This document shows positions 31,175 through 32,000 of a stretch of 32,000 nt of DNA, in pieces. The DNA comes from Allobaculum fili (GTDB taxonomy: Bacteria; Bacillota_I; Bacilli_A; Erysipelotrichales; Erysipelotrichaceae), in the NCBI RefSeq assembly GCF_020969955.1, contig NZ_JAHDSX010000009.1, forward strand, positions 1 through 32,000, read 5' to 3'. Positions within the stretch are counted from its first letter, which is position 1. Every line of letters starts with the position of its first letter. The notes beneath the pieces are model-generated. The model saw only the letters and a list, made by a program, of their open reading frames with translations, had not been told where the DNA came from and ran no database searches. Position numbers and translations under genes: made by a program.

Positions 31175-31255
31175 AAGTACCTCCCAAGCCTTCGGCTGTG
31201 TCGGTTTTATTTTATACGGAAAATCGTTCAGGAGAAGAACGAGCCGCTTTTCCTT

Positions 31256-31311
31256 TTAAAAGAAAAAGAAAGTCCTGTCCTGCTTAAAAGAAAAAGAAAG
31301 TCCTGTCCTGC
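31256..31311. repeat. perfect 28-bp tandem duplication in the ppiB / S66-peptidase intergenic region
   Basis: TTAAAAGAAAAAGAAAGTCCTGTCCTGC occurs twice, head to tail. Confidence 0.95.
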
Positions 31312-31417
31312 GCGGAGTACCGGTCAAATGGATGAGACTGAGATGCGTTTTGGCAGGCTTTGACGGATCGTTTACAATATTAGGATAAAAGCCGCGCGCT
31401 GCGGCAAGGAGGCCCTT

Positions 31418-32000
31418 ATGACTGAAAATCGAGTACTGCTTTGCGCCCTGAGCGATCCCATAAATAATCCCCAGTTTTCGCAAAGCTTTGTGCGGGCGCT
31501 GCAGGACGCTGGCATCGAAGCCGAACTGGCCCGTTCGGCCATGGAGCCTCTTTCGGCGCAGGAAAAAGCGGAAGAGTTTAATCAGGCGCTGCGCTCCATG
31601 CGCTATTCCTGGATTTTTGATCTTTCCGGCGGCAATCTCGCCAATACCGTACTGCCCTGGCTGGATTACGACGCCTATCGTAAATCGGATGCCTACTATG
31701 CCGCATTTTCGGACGGTACCTGCATCGTCAACGCCCTGTCGACGTGCGCGCATAAAAAAGCGCTGCTCTTTGGGCTGTGGCAGCAGGAAAACATGAAGCA
31801 GGCGGTGGACATTATTGAAAGCGGCCGGGCCAGCTTTGATCTGATGGAGCTCAGTCAGGATTATTTCCCGCGCCACGCGCGCATTTACGGAGGCAACATG
31901 CGCTGCCTGCTCAAGCTGGCGGGAACCGGAAGAATGCCCGCTCTGGAAGATTCCTATCTGCTTCTCGAATCGTCTTCCGCGGATTTGTACAGCTTCGAAT
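31418..32000 (+). CDS. LD-carboxypeptidase/MccF-like S66 peptidase, 5' partial (runs off the window)
   Basis: This ORF is not in the ORF track because it has no stop in the window. An AGGAGG SD precedes the ATG at 31418 and the frame stays open to 32000. The sequences ...WIFDLSGGNLANTVLPWLDYDAYRKSDAYYAAFSDGTCIVNAL resemble the S66 G-G...LP.LD and GYSD(I)T nucleophile regions. The antisense 206-aa ORF at 31256..31876 is a shadow. Confidence 0.6.
   Translation, partial: MTENRVLLCALSDPINNPQFSQSFVRALQDAGIEAELARSAMEPLSAQEKAEEFNQALRSMRYSWIFDLSGGNLANTVLPWLDYDAYRKSDAYYAAFSDGTCIVNALSTCAHKKALLFGLWQQENMKQAVDIIESGRASFDLMELSQDYFPRHARIYGGNMRCLLKLAGTGRMPALEDSYLLLESSSADLYSFE

Overview
This is a 32-kb chromosomal window that looks like it comes from an anaerobic Gram-positive-type bacterium. 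The signs are ECF S-components, feoAB, a class III RNR, AGGAGG-type SD sites and many intrinsic terminators. Hand-counted sample lines give about 58-63% G+C in most genes, and there are two AT-rich patches. No rRNA, tRNA or CRISPR array was seen. Contents from left to right:
- A thiamine salvage cluster (thiW, then thiM-thiE) sits behind two near-identical TPP riboswitch leaders.
- Next come a YugP-type Zn peptidase, feoA-feoB and a secreted FIVAR-repeat protein.
- The anaerobic ribonucleotide reductase gene nrdD is split by an 873-nt ORF-less group II intron. This is the strongest finding.
- A divergent LexA-like S24 repressor and Y-family polymerase cassette follows, with a translationally coupled small Cys-rich ORF.
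- After that come an orphan 287-aa protein, a uracil permease with a structured leader, and a polytopic membrane protein with a C-terminal His/Asn-Cys papain-like domain.
- A short MocR-type regulator lies divergent from an ECF-S-like protein, with a 20-bp perfect hairpin between them.
- Two adjacent secreted proteins follow, one of them an S1B protease inside an AT-rich island. Both share a C-terminal triple 'YNPNxGxHxYT...GW' repeat with the FIVAR protein.
- The window ends with ispD, a ytrA-like GntR plus ABC operon, a P-type ATPase, an IS1634-like transposase remnant, a cyclophilin and a partial S66 peptidase.
Several genes appear to be leaderless, with a -10 box 6-8 nt from the ATG and no SD. 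All calls rest on reading the sequence and on remembered family motifs. No database search was run.
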